Shown piece by piece: positions 40,380-49,928 of a stretch of 64,000 nt of DNA (position 1 is the first letter of the stretch; every line of letters starts with the position of its first letter). The translations under genes were made by a program, and so were the position numbers. Source of the DNA: Planctomycetota bacterium (GTDB lineage Bacteria; Planctomycetota; JAJSAM01; JAJVHW01). Below the pieces are notes generated by a model. That model saw only the letters and a list, made by a program, of their open reading frames with translations. It was not told where the DNA came from and did no database searches. The stretch is taken from assembly GCA_965248445.1 (NCBI GenBank), contig CBDFJG010000003.1, forward strand, positions 1,472,001 through 1,536,000, given 5' to 3'.

Positions 40380-42026
40380 ATGCAGCGCAGCCTGATCAGG
40401 CGCGGAAACTGGATTGGGACGGCCGCCGTGCTGGTGTTTGCGGGGGTTCTCCTCGCGACGCCGTCGACGGCGCGTGCCGAGAAGCACAAGGACGAGCGGC
40501 TCGGCTTCTCGCTCACGTACCCCAAGAAGTGGAAGAAGATGCCGGTCTCGCCGGACGCGAGGTGGCTCGTCGCCGAGTTCCAGTCGCCGCGACCCTACGA
40601 GTCGGTGAATCCCAAGACCGGCGGTTGGGGGGGGTACCACACCCCGAAGATCCAGGTCGTCATCATCCCGAAGTCGGCCGCGGAGAGCCGCGGCGCGACC
40701 GTCAAGGAGACCGATGACGGGGTCGAGGTCGAAAACGAGACGGCATACCGGGACCTCAAGGAGTACCTGGATGCCGCGCTGCGCAGGCAGCGCGGCGGCT
40801 TCCACTTCTCGGACGAGAGCGAGACCGAGATCGACGGTCGAAAGGTGATCAAGTACGAGGTCACGTTCGACAAGCTCGTTGAGGTGCCCCGCCGCGTGAT
40901 CGCCTGGGCGTACGACTACGACGACGCGATCTACGGCGTGATCGGCGACACACTCGTGCCGCACGAGAAGAAGCTGCGACCAAAACTCGAGAAGGCCTTC
41001 AAGTCACTCAAGCTCTTCACACGCACCGGCACGCTGCCGGGCGACGCCACCACGGGTGAAGACATCGCCATAGACGAGGGCCCCGACGACGACCTGACCG
41101 AAGAGGAGCTGAAGGAGCGCCGCGACCGCAAGTTCCTGCGGCAGCTCGACCGCATCACGTCAACCATGGAGGATGATTGGGACGTCAAGGAGATGAAGCA
41201 CTTCACGCTCATCTCCCATGCGGACAAGAAGTACACCAAGACCGTCGGCGAGCACTGCGAAGCGCTCCAGGCGTGGCTGGGGAAGACGTTCGGGTATGTC
41301 GGCAGCGGCTACGTCGGCCCCGTGATCATCCGGATCTGCGCGGATCGGGATGAACACTCCGCGTACATCACCAGCCGCAACTGGCGGACGGACTCGTACG
41401 AGGTGGTGACCTACAAGGACCGGGACGGCTGGTCGGACTGGGCAATGGAGTCGCTCAACCGCGGCGTGTTCGACATCTGGTTGCGCGACAAGAACCAGAG
41501 CTTCAGATTCGGCGCGCCGCGGTGGATCTCCTGGGGGCTCTCGAACTTCGTCGAGCAAGTCCGCACCAAGCGCAGGAAGATCGAATTCCGGGCGGACACG
41601 TGGGACTCCGTCAGGATGAAGAAGCTCCGCCGCGACGACGGACTTCTCACACCGATGTCGTTCTTCACAATGACCAGTGAAGACCTATGGTCGAACTTCG
41701 AGAACTACCAGCAGGCCGAGTTCTTCCTGAACTTCCTCGTGTTGGGACCGGGCTCGAAGGGCGCCTACAAGACGGTGTTCAGTGACTACATCAAGAACCT
41801 CATCGTCTACCTGGATGAAGCTGAAGACGACGAGGCGTTGACGGAGCTCCTCGGGACCGAGGCGAAAACGGAGGAGGAGGAGACCGATCTCTTCCGCAAG
41901 CGCTCCGAGTTCTTCGCCAACCGCGAGGCTGAAATGCTCCAGACGCTGCTGGAGCGCACGTTCCCAGGCTGGACGGACCGCAACTGGAACAAGATGAACT
42001 CCTCTTACGTGAAGAGCCTGAAGTGA
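40380..42026 (+). CDS. Secreted protein with a degenerate DUF1570-like domain lacking HExxH
   Basis: Signal peptide after a GGAGG RBS; HFTLIS, APRWISWGLSNF and YQQA motifs. Confidence 0.8.
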   Translation: MQRSLIRRGNWIGTAAVLVFAGVLLATPSTARAEKHKDERLGFSLTYPKKWKKMPVSPDARWLVAEFQSPRPYESVNPKTGGWGGYHTPKIQVVIIPKSAAESRGATVKETDDGVEVENETAYRDLKEYLDAALRRQRGGFHFSDESETEIDGRKVIKYEVTFDKLVEVPRRVIAWAYDYDDAIYGVIGDTLVPHEKKLRPKLEKAFKSLKLFTRTGTLPGDATTGEDIAIDEGPDDDLTEEELKERRDRKFLRQLDRITSTMEDDWDVKEMKHFTLISHADKKYTKTVGEHCEALQAWLGKTFGYVGSGYVGPVIIRICADRDEHSAYITSRNWRTDSYEVVTYKDRDGWSDWAMESLNRGVFDIWLRDKNQSFRFGAPRWISWGLSNFVEQVRTKRRKIEFRADTWDSVRMKKLRRDDGLLTPMSFFTMTSEDLWSNFENYQQAEFFLNFLVLGPGSKGAYKTVFSDYIKNLIVYLDEAEDDEALTELLGTEAKTEEEETDLFRKRSEFFANREAEMLQTLLERTFPGWTDRNWNKMNSSYVKSLK

Positions 42027-43556
42027 AGCGGGCGGCCGCCGTTGCAGCGACGCTCGTCGCACTCCTCGCTGCGCATGCCGGCGCAGCCGACATCGTCCAG
42101 CTGAAGGACGGTCGCATCATCGACACCGTGCCGATGCGCGTGGACGGCGACGACGTCATCCTCGAGTACGAGAACGGTGAAGTCCGCGTGGCAGCCGCCC
42201 GCATCGAGGACTACGTCATCGACGGCAAACCCCCGCCGGCGGTCGACGACTCGGAGGTCGCCCGCGCCAAGCGCGCGAAGGGCCTCGTTCCGTACAAGGG
42301 CAAGTGGATCACGCCCGCGCGCCGCCAGAAGTTCATCGAGAAGGACGTTGCCGAGAAGCGCAAGGAGATCGAGGACATCCGCGCGCACGCCGAGTGGCGC
42401 AATCGCTACCAGTTCGACACCAAGAACTTCGACTACGAGTCGACTCTCGCGCCCTCCCTCAACGACCTGCACGCGGAGATGCTCGAGGCGTACTTCGCGA
42501 CGTTCAAGAAGGAGTGGGGCATCAAGGTGCCGAAGGATTGGGGAAGCCTGAAGGTCTGTTTCTACTCCAGCCAGGACGAGTTCCATCGCACCGGAGGCGT
42601 CGGCGGAGGAACGCTGGCGTACTACCGCTTCGTCGCCCCGCGCGAACTCAATTGCTACTACGACCGCAACGACCCGGAGGCGTCGCTGTCGTACATGTTC
42701 CACGAGGCGAACCACTACCTGACCGATCTCATGCACGAGAAGTTCCAGTACCCGCACTGGGTCAACGAGGCGATGGCCGAGTACTGGGGCGCCAGCGTGT
42801 GGGACGCCAAGAAGAAGGTGTGGAAGATCGGAGAGATCCAGCAGGGTCGCCTGGTCGAGTTGCAGAACGATCTCGCTGCTGGCAAGCGGCTCGGTCTCGC
42901 CGACCTCATCGACAGTGAACGGGACTACCGCCACTACTACTGGGGCTGGTCGTTCGTGCACTTCATGCTCGAGACGCCGAAGTACGCGAAGGGCTTCAAG
43001 AAGTTCTTCGTGGATCTCGCCCGCGCGAAGGACGTCAAGCGCGTGCCGTACGGGAACGAGTTCAAGACGGTCACGGGAGAGGAGTGCCTGCGAGTCTTCG
43101 AGAAGCGGCTCAAGGTCAAGGATCTGCACGCGCTGCAGGAGGAGTGGTACGCGTACATCGAAGGCCCTCGAGACCACCGGAACGCGGGGTCTCGAGCGAG
43201 CCGGACTCGACTCGTACTACCGCGGCCGGCGCCTGCGCGCGACGCGCCTGCTGAAGGAGGCGATCGACGGCGGCAGTCAGAACGTGCTGGTGTACCTGCG
43301 TTACGCCGCCTTGCTGCGACTCGATCCCGAGACGCATGAAGACGCCGTCGCGATGAACCGCAAGGCCTGCGAACTCGATCCGCTCGATGCCAACACGTGG
43401 GCGGAATTGGGCTTCACGCTGTACGCACTCGGTCTCGTGGGGGACGGCAAGAAGAACATCGCCCTCGCCCGCGAGATGAATCCCGACGACCCGTACCTCT
43501 CGATCGAGATCGCAGAGGCGCTCAAGCGGCACGCGAAGAAGAAGCAGAAGCAGTGA
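42023..43556 (+). CDS. Secreted DUF1570-like metallopeptidase with C-terminal TPR; one +1 frameshift near 43160-43167
   Basis: HEANH and PHWVNEAMAE motifs. The TPR part continues in the 42915..43556 frame, whose stop overlaps the next ATG. Confidence 0.82.
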
Positions 43557-45109
43557 TGGCGCGATCCTCCGGGCTGTTTCTCGTCGCGGCCCTGGCGGTC
43601 GCGACGTTCGCGCACACGTCGGGCAGCCCGTTCTTGCCCGCCGCTTACGCAGCCGCTGATCCGGACGCCGCGAAGAAGGCGAAGGACCTCGCCGACGAGG
43701 CGGAGAAGTTCTTCAACACTGCCGGCGACACGGACCTCCCCCACAAGGAGCGTGCGCGAAATCGCAAGGAGGCGTACGTCCGGCTGAAGGAAGCGCGCAA
43801 GCTGCTCGACGATTGGCTCGACGAGAACCCGGAGGACACCGAGAAGTTCGACTCACTCTACGTGCGCATCGCCGCAATGATGTACTGGACCAAGAAGGAA
43901 GCCGCGATCGGCGAGTTGACCGGGACCAAGCCGCCCGTCGAGCAGGGTCCGGCCGACTCCGGCGGCGCGAAGGACAGCGGCGGCATCGGCGGGACGAGCG
44001 GCGGAGGGATCGGCGGCACGAGCAGTGGAGGCACGTCCAAGCCGCCTCCGTCCTCGGGCGGCGCTGGCGAGAACGGTGGCGACACGACCGCGCCTGCCAA
44101 ACCCCCGGAGCCCGTCGTCCCCGCGGGACCGACCGCCGCCGACGGTCTGGCGGAGGTGCAGGACTACGAGAGTGAGCATCCGAGCGACGTGCCCGGTCTG
44201 CACGAACGGTACACAGAGTTCCTCGCGACGCACTCCGACACCGGCGCGCCCGAGTACGCGACCGCTCTGGAGCGGCTGGAGGTGCTCGGTCGCAAGTTGA
44301 AGGACGTGTACCGGCAGGTACGCGACGACGACCCCGACGCTCTCGAGGACATGGACAACGCGCAGGTCCGCAAGTTGGTCGGCCAGCTGACGCAGGATCT
44401 CGACAGCGACGACGAGACCGTCCGGGTGCGCGCCGCCAAGTTCATGGGGAGCCTGGGCTCGTCACTGGCGGCCGATCCGCTGCTCGCGATCCTCAAGCAC
44501 GAACCGCCGAGCGACGTCCATGACGCGGCAGCCGACGCGCTCGAGCGAATTGGCGGGCGCCGCATCTGCAACCGCCTGACGCGCATGAAGGCCGACGATG
44601 AACTGGCGGACACGATCGCCAAGATCCTCGGCGGGATCGCGGGGCGCGGCGGGGCCGAGGGCCGGATCGCGGGGGAATCCCTCGCGACATACGTCGCCGA
44701 CGCCTCCGAGGATCTCCAGGCCACGGCGATCGCCAAGCTGGCCGAAGCCGGGAAGTCCGGCGCGCTGGGGCTCGCCATGCTCTTGCCGTACGCGCAGAGC
44801 GCCGACAAGCTAGACTACATCGAGCAGATCGGAGCCCACGGGGAGCCACGTGCAGCGAGCTACCTTGCCGACTTCCTCGTCGTCAATGTCCGCGGCGTGC
44901 GCAAGAAGCAAGCGAAGGCCGCGCGCGAGGCCATCGAGGCGATGGGCAAGCCGGCAGTGCGCTACCTGATCCCCGCGCTCGACAACGACGAAGTCAACGT
45001 GTGGACGGCCGAGCTGCTCCGCCGCATCACGGGTGCCAAGCTGAAGAACGACAAGCGAAAGACGTGGGAGAAGTGGTTCCGCAAGAACCGCCGGACTCTC
45101 GAAGAGTAG
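43556..45109 (+). CDS. Secreted HEAT-repeat protein with a Gly/Pro linker
   Basis: TGATG coupling, signal peptide, VRVRAAKFMG and LRRITG..WEKWF motifs. Confidence 0.82.
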   Translation: MARSSGLFLVAALAVATFAHTSGSPFLPAAYAAADPDAAKKAKDLADEAEKFFNTAGDTDLPHKERARNRKEAYVRLKEARKLLDDWLDENPEDTEKFDSLYVRIAAMMYWTKKEAAIGELTGTKPPVEQGPADSGGAKDSGGIGGTSGGGIGGTSSGGTSKPPPSSGGAGENGGDTTAPAKPPEPVVPAGPTAADGLAEVQDYESEHPSDVPGLHERYTEFLATHSDTGAPEYATALERLEVLGRKLKDVYRQVRDDDPDALEDMDNAQVRKLVGQLTQDLDSDDETVRVRAAKFMGSLGSSLAADPLLAILKHEPPSDVHDAAADALERIGGRRICNRLTRMKADDELADTIAKILGGIAGRGGAEGRIAGESLATYVADASEDLQATAIAKLAEAGKSGALGLAMLLPYAQSADKLDYIEQIGAHGEPRAASYLADFLVVNVRGVRKKQAKAAREAIEAMGKPAVRYLIPALDNDEVNVWTAELLRRITGAKLKNDKRKTWEKWFRKNRRTLEE

Positions 45110-45125
45110 CGAACAGAAACGCGCG

Positions 45126-45932
45126 TCAGCTGCCGAACGAGCGATAGAGGTCGTCCCGCCGGTCAGCCAGGAACGGGAAGCTCGCGCGCACGTCCGCTAC
45201 GACCGACGGATCGACGATCCCTGCGATCACACCCTCGCCCCCGGGGTCGGAGTCGGCCAGCACCTCGCCCAGCGGCGAGACCAAGAGCGAGTCGCCGCTG
45301 TACTCGAGCCCCCCGCCGCGGCCGACGCGGTTCACTCCGAGCAGGTACGCCTGCGTCTCGATAGCCCGCGCAACCAGGAGCGCCCGCCAGTGCTCGCGGC
45401 GCGGCGTCGGCCAGTTGGCGACGACCACGAACAGGTCGGTGCGCGGCGCGGCGGCGGTGAACAGTTCGGCGAAGCGGAGGTCGTAGCAGACGAGCGGCGT
45501 GATGCGGACGCCCGCGTGCTCGACGACGATCAGTTCGTCGCCGCCTTCGTAGTGCTGGCCTTCCTGCCCGTGATTGAACGGGTGGATCTTGGCGTAGTGG
45601 TGAACGGCGCCGTCCGGTTGCGCCAGGGTCAGCACGTTGCGGGGCCGGCTCCAGTCGGGATCGGTCCGTGGAATGCTCCCGCAGACCGCCGCGCCGGTCT
45701 CCGCGGCGAGTTCGGACAGCAGCCGCTCGGACGGCCCGCCCGGGCCTTCGGCCAGTTCATCGGGCCGCATCGTGAACCCCGTCGGCCACATCTCCGGCAG
45801 CGCGAGAAGGCATGGGCCGGGGTTGAAGTCGGACGCCTTCTTGGCTGCCTCGCGAACGCACGCTGCGACCTTCGCGCGGTTCGCCGCGGGGTCCTCCCAC
45901 GTGATGTCCATCTGCAGACCGACGACGTTCAT
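45126..45932 (-). CDS. Carbon-nitrogen hydrolase (nitrilase/omega-amidase family)
   Basis: LPEM, YAKIH and VCYDLRF supply the E-K-C triad. Confidence 0.92.
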   Translation of the reverse strand: MNVVGLQMDITWEDPAANRAKVAACVREAAKKASDFNPGPCLLALPEMWPTGFTMRPDELAEGPGGPSERLLSELAAETGAAVCGSIPRTDPDWSRPRNVLTLAQPDGAVHHYAKIHPFNHGQEGQHYEGGDELIVVEHAGVRITPLVCYDLRFAELFTAAAPRTDLFVVVANWPTPRREHWRALLVARAIETQAYLLGVNRVGRGGGLEYSGDSLLVSPLGEVLADSDPGGEGVIAGIVDPSVVADVRASFPFLADRRDDLYRSFGS

Positions 45933-45979
45933 GCTGTGCCCACCCGTTCCGAGACTATGCTCCCCCACCGGAGGCAGTG

Positions 45980-46273
45980 ATGAGTGGAAAGTCCAAAGAC
46001 TTCCTGGTCAGGCGACAGGAGAAGGAAGCACCCGCGGAGGAGGCGAAGTTCGCGTACTTCGGCCCACCTCACGCCGAGGACCGATTCCGCTTCGTCATCG
46101 CGAAGGAGGACGGCGACACGATCTCGATCGTCCCCGGCGAGGGCCGCTTCAAGCGCGGGCTGATCGCCTGGCGCTGGGAAGAGGCCGAGGGTGGAGAGTC
46201 CACGCCCTACGTCACCGAGAAGACGAACGCCCGCCGGATCGATCTGCGGCGCCTGACGCGCGGCGACGCGTGA
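45980..46273 (+). CDS. Small hypothetical protein
   Basis: GGAGG RBS, a TATGCT box upstream and typical codon use. Confidence 0.7.
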   Translation: MSGKSKDFLVRRQEKEAPAEEAKFAYFGPPHAEDRFRFVIAKEDGDTISIVPGEGRFKRGLIAWRWEEAEGGESTPYVTEKTNARRIDLRRLTRGDA

Positions 46274-46375
46274 CGCGCTTCCGCGCTCGTCACGCGGCTT
46301 GCTGAGCAACCCGCGCGCCGCACCCACCTCCGAGTGTCTCCCTCCTACGCACCCGCCGGGCGCTACGGAGGGGCT

Positions 46376-46406
46376 GCTGTAGGGGCGGGGCGCTGCCCGG
46401 CCCGCG
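46376..46406 (+). repeat. GTAG-type REP-like hairpin
   Basis: gctGTAGgggcggggcgctgcccggcccgcg between convergent genes. Confidence 0.7.
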
Positions 46407-46427
46407 AACTGACGCAAGGCGTCCCCG

Positions 46428-46976
46428 TCACTCCCAGTCGATCGTGAGCACCGTCCACTCTTCGTAGGACCCCATCGTCCCGGGCGGGTGCGTCAGGACG
46501 ACCGTCGCGCGCACAACGCCGTCGCCGGCGCGCACGCCGACCTCGCAGCGGGCGCGGGCGGCACCATCGCGCCCCATGTCGAGGGCGCTTCGGACAACGG
46601 TCGCTTCCACGGGCCCGGGATCCTCGACGAGACGTTCGCGGGCGCCGCTGATCCAACTCTCCAGCGTGGCGTCGTCGACATCCCTGCCGGCGAACGCCCG
46701 CGCCTCCTTGATCGCAACGGCGTCGCCGTCGTGCACACCCATCAGGAGGAACGAGACCGCGTCCGCCGCGACCTCGTCCGCCGCCGCGAGCGTGGACGGG
46801 TCGCCTCGCATCACTACACTGTCGTCGGGGGTCCCCGTGTCGACCAACGACCACTCGGCCAGCGGGCCGGAGCCGAAGAGCCAGAACGCCGCGAGGACCG
46901 CGATCGCAAGAACCATGATCACGCCGATGGCGCCGGCAATCAGCGCGCCGCGTGACACGCGGGCGGAGCGCGGCAC
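46428..46976 (-). CDS. Membrane-anchored hypothetical protein (appears fused to the upstream gene in the ORF track)
   Basis: GTG at 46976 overlaps TAG 46978-46976 and is followed by a TM helix. Confidence 0.65.
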   Translation of the reverse strand: MPRSARVSRGALIAGAIGVIMVLAIAVLAAFWLFGSGPLAEWSLVDTGTPDDSVVMRGDPSTLAAADEVAADAVSFLLMGVHDGDAVAIKEARAFAGRDVDDATLESWISGARERLVEDPGPVEATVVRSALDMGRDGAARARCEVGVRAGDGVVRATVVLTHPPGTMGSYEEWTVLTIDWE

Positions 46977-48446
46977 TAGTAGGCCCTGAGCGCGTAGGCC
47001 CGCCACTCGTCGTCGAGCTTCTCGACCCCCCATCTTGAAGATCTTCTGAAGCGCGGCTTCCTGGTCGAGCTCCCGGTCTTCCTTCACGAGCTTCAGGAAC
47101 GAGATGAACTCGTCACGGTGGTGGTCCATCAGCCAGCTCACGACCGCCCACGCCTTCACGCCGTCGGGGAGCTCGAGCGTCGCGAGCGGTGTCTTGATCA
47201 GCTTGCGCAGCGGTGTGTCCGCCTTGGACGAAACCATCTGCACCAGGTACTCGCGCCAGCGCTCGGAGACCGTCCACTCGATGGTGCCCCCCGCGTCCTC
47301 GATGCCGTACTCGTGTGTCGGGCGGGCGAGGCAGCTCGTGCGCGTCGTGTTCTGGACCTTCACGGTGTAGTAGTACGTCAGGCCCTCGTCGAGCCAGGCG
47401 TGCGGGCGGGCGTTCCACACGGCGTGCGACAGGAAGTGCCCCGCGTGGTGCAGCAGCGGGTCGCGTGTGTCGACGTCCTCAGCGGTCGCGACTCGGAAGA
47501 CGCCGCCGCGCATCAGGATGTACGACCGCGACGTGGTCGACCCCTTGGTCCACTCCGGATCGGACGAGTTCGAGAACTTGTCCACCCAGACGTCCCACGT
47601 TCCCTTCTTGCTGACGACGACGAGATCGACCTTCTTCCCGTCGAACACGTCGGTCGTCGGATCCGTCCCGACGTCGGCCAGGAAGTAGACGTACAGCGTC
47701 TCGAGCGCCTTCATGGACTCGCCGAGCGCCTCCTTGCGGGCGTCGTCGAACAGCCGGAAGTGCGGCGACTCCACGCCGTTGAGCGCGACGCCGATGCCCT
47801 TCTCGTACTCGCCCGTCTCGGTAATCGGCTCGCCGCCGATCGAGCGCTTGATCGCGTCGATCTGCTTCTCGGTGAGCCACCGCTTGCCGACCTTGCGGTG
47901 GCCGAGCCCCTTGCGCGCGGACTCCTGGTTCGGGTCGATCAAGATCGCCCGCTCGTACGCCTTCTGCGCCTGGTCGTCGTGGCCCTGGTCGCGGCAGGCG
48001 TTACCGAGCTGCGCGTAGCGCGCTGCGATGTACTCATTGACCTTCGCGAGCTTCTCGTTCCAGCGTTCGATCTTCTTGTTGAAGGACGTCTGGCCTTCCT
48101 TGCCACCCTTCGTGTTCTGGATGCCGAGGCGCTTGGCCTTGCCCTCGTCGAGCACCCACTCCTTGCGCTTCTTGACGAAGCCGAGCATGTCGCGCGCCTT
48201 CTTCTGGTCCGGATCGAACTGGAGGGCGCGGTTGGCTTCGCGGCGGGCGAACGCGAACAGGTTGCCCTTGCGAGCTTGCTCGGCGATGTCGAACAGCTTG
48301 TCCGCCACACCTTTGGACATCTTCTCGAGCTCGGCCTCGAAGAAGCGGACTCCGGCGTCCGACGCCAGCGCGGGGGCCGGACGAACAGTGGCCGCAGGCG
48401 CGGCCAGCAGGAGTGCGAGGGCCAGGGCAGTCGCGAGGCGCCGCAT
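46976..48446 (-). CDS. Secreted TPR plus DUF1570-like protein (HHAGH instead of HExxH); extra G in the run at 47026-47031
   Basis: Signal peptide and HAWLDEG motif. Removing one G gives MGVEKLDDEWRAYALRAY-stop, like the C-termini of its paralogues. Confidence 0.8.
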
Positions 48447-48537
48447 GTGTGCATCCTACCGCGCGGCCGGAGGCCTCCGCACGCAGTGGAATCGGAACCT
48501 CTCTCGGCCCAAGCCCCGAAGTGCCGATGTCAGGATC

Positions 48538-49875
48538 ATGGGGGTCCAGGATCCCGCTGCCCGATTCGACCTCGATCCGACCGATCCGGGGAACGAGCCG
48601 GCATTGGTCGCGCTGCTCACGTCGCCCCAGGCGATCACCCCGGCTGCACGGCCGCTCGCGGAGTCCGCGTCGAAGATCGGGTGCACCAAACGGATCCGCG
48701 CCCACGCCGACATCGTCCTCGGCTATCACCTCTACGCCGAGCGCAAGGTCGAGCAGGGCAGCACCGCGTATCGCCGCGGGCTGCAGGTGCTCTGGGACAC
48801 GGGCTCCCCCGCCGAGCGCAACGCATGCGTCAACCTCGCCTCCGCGTGCGCGTACCAGGGCCGGCTGCTCGAGTCGCTCGTCCTCGCGCGGCGCGGACGC
48901 CACCTCGCGGCGCTCGAGCAGCACCAGCCCGCGTACTTCGTCGCGTCGCAAGCGCTTCTGCGCGCGCTCGCCGGACTCGGCGACTGGGAGCGTTTCGATG
49001 CACTCCGCGACGCCACGGCGGCGTTCGTCGCGGAGTCGGACGACGCGAACAAGCGGTTCCAGTTCGACACCGTCTGCGTCGATGCCGCCGTCGAGCGCGA
49101 GCACGCGGACGAAGCGGCGCGCCACCTCGAGTCCGCGGCGACCGCTCCGCGAGCGATGGACGACACGCGCCTGTTCGTCGAGGCGTGGGCGCACGTGCAC
49201 CTCTTGCGCGGACAGTACGACCTGGCGCTTGACCGCGCGGCCACGGCGCGCAAGGAACATCCGCGTGAAGACGAGCTCGATCGCCGGCTTCGCTTCCTGG
49301 AGATCCTCGCGGCGGCCGCAAAGGGCAACCCCGGTGCGGCGCAGGCGGCGCGGACGTTCCTCGATTCGCTGGCCGACGACACCGCAGAGACCCTGCCGCC
49401 GGGGCGCCGCATGCGCATGGCGTCCCGCATCGCACGCGACGTCGGCGAGAGCATGGACGACCGCCTGCTCGCAGCGCGCGCATACGAGGTCGCGGGCGCC
49501 GCCGCGCTCGAGCGCATGGCGGAGCTCGAGGTGTTCCGCCTGGAGTTTCCGCAAGCCCAGTCGCTCTCCGACGAGGACGCGATGCTGCTGGACGAGTACC
49601 GCCAGCGGTTCCTCGGTGAGCACGGGAGCATCCTCGACGCCGTGCGGCGGCTCTTCCGCGGCGACGCCGAAGCAGTGCGCGTGTTCCGCGAGGCGGTTCC
49701 CGGCGAGGACCCCCTTCTGCGCGCCTGCGCCTGGTGCGGAATGGTGCGGGGTCCCGAGGGGCTATGGGTCGATCTCGGCGAGTCCTCGGTGCCGGAGGGC
49801 GGATCGATGCAGGTCTCGCACGGCGTCTGCCTGACCTGCCGGACGAGCCTCGTCGGCCCCGATTCAACGGCCTGA
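48538..49875 (+). CDS. Helical (TPR-like) protein with a C-terminal CAWC...SHGVCLTC putative zinc-binding module
   Basis: ATG at 48538 within the 48028..49875 frame; CxxC and HGxCxxC motifs. Confidence 0.72.
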   Translation: MGVQDPAARFDLDPTDPGNEPALVALLTSPQAITPAARPLAESASKIGCTKRIRAHADIVLGYHLYAERKVEQGSTAYRRGLQVLWDTGSPAERNACVNLASACAYQGRLLESLVLARRGRHLAALEQHQPAYFVASQALLRALAGLGDWERFDALRDATAAFVAESDDANKRFQFDTVCVDAAVEREHADEAARHLESAATAPRAMDDTRLFVEAWAHVHLLRGQYDLALDRAATARKEHPREDELDRRLRFLEILAAAAKGNPGAAQAARTFLDSLADDTAETLPPGRRMRMASRIARDVGESMDDRLLAARAYEVAGAAALERMAELEVFRLEFPQAQSLSDEDAMLLDEYRQRFLGEHGSILDAVRRLFRGDAEAVRVFREAVPGEDPLLRACAWCGMVRGPEGLWVDLGESSVPEGGSMQVSHGVCLTCRTSLVGPDSTA

Positions 49876-49928
49876 CCGGGTCGTCCTCCCTCGCGCGCGC
49901 GAAAGGGATGGGGCAGACTCAGGCAGCC

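Noticed and set aside
46428..48446. 672 aa peptidase-membrane fusion ORF
   Set aside because: Better explained as two coupled genes joined by one extra G.
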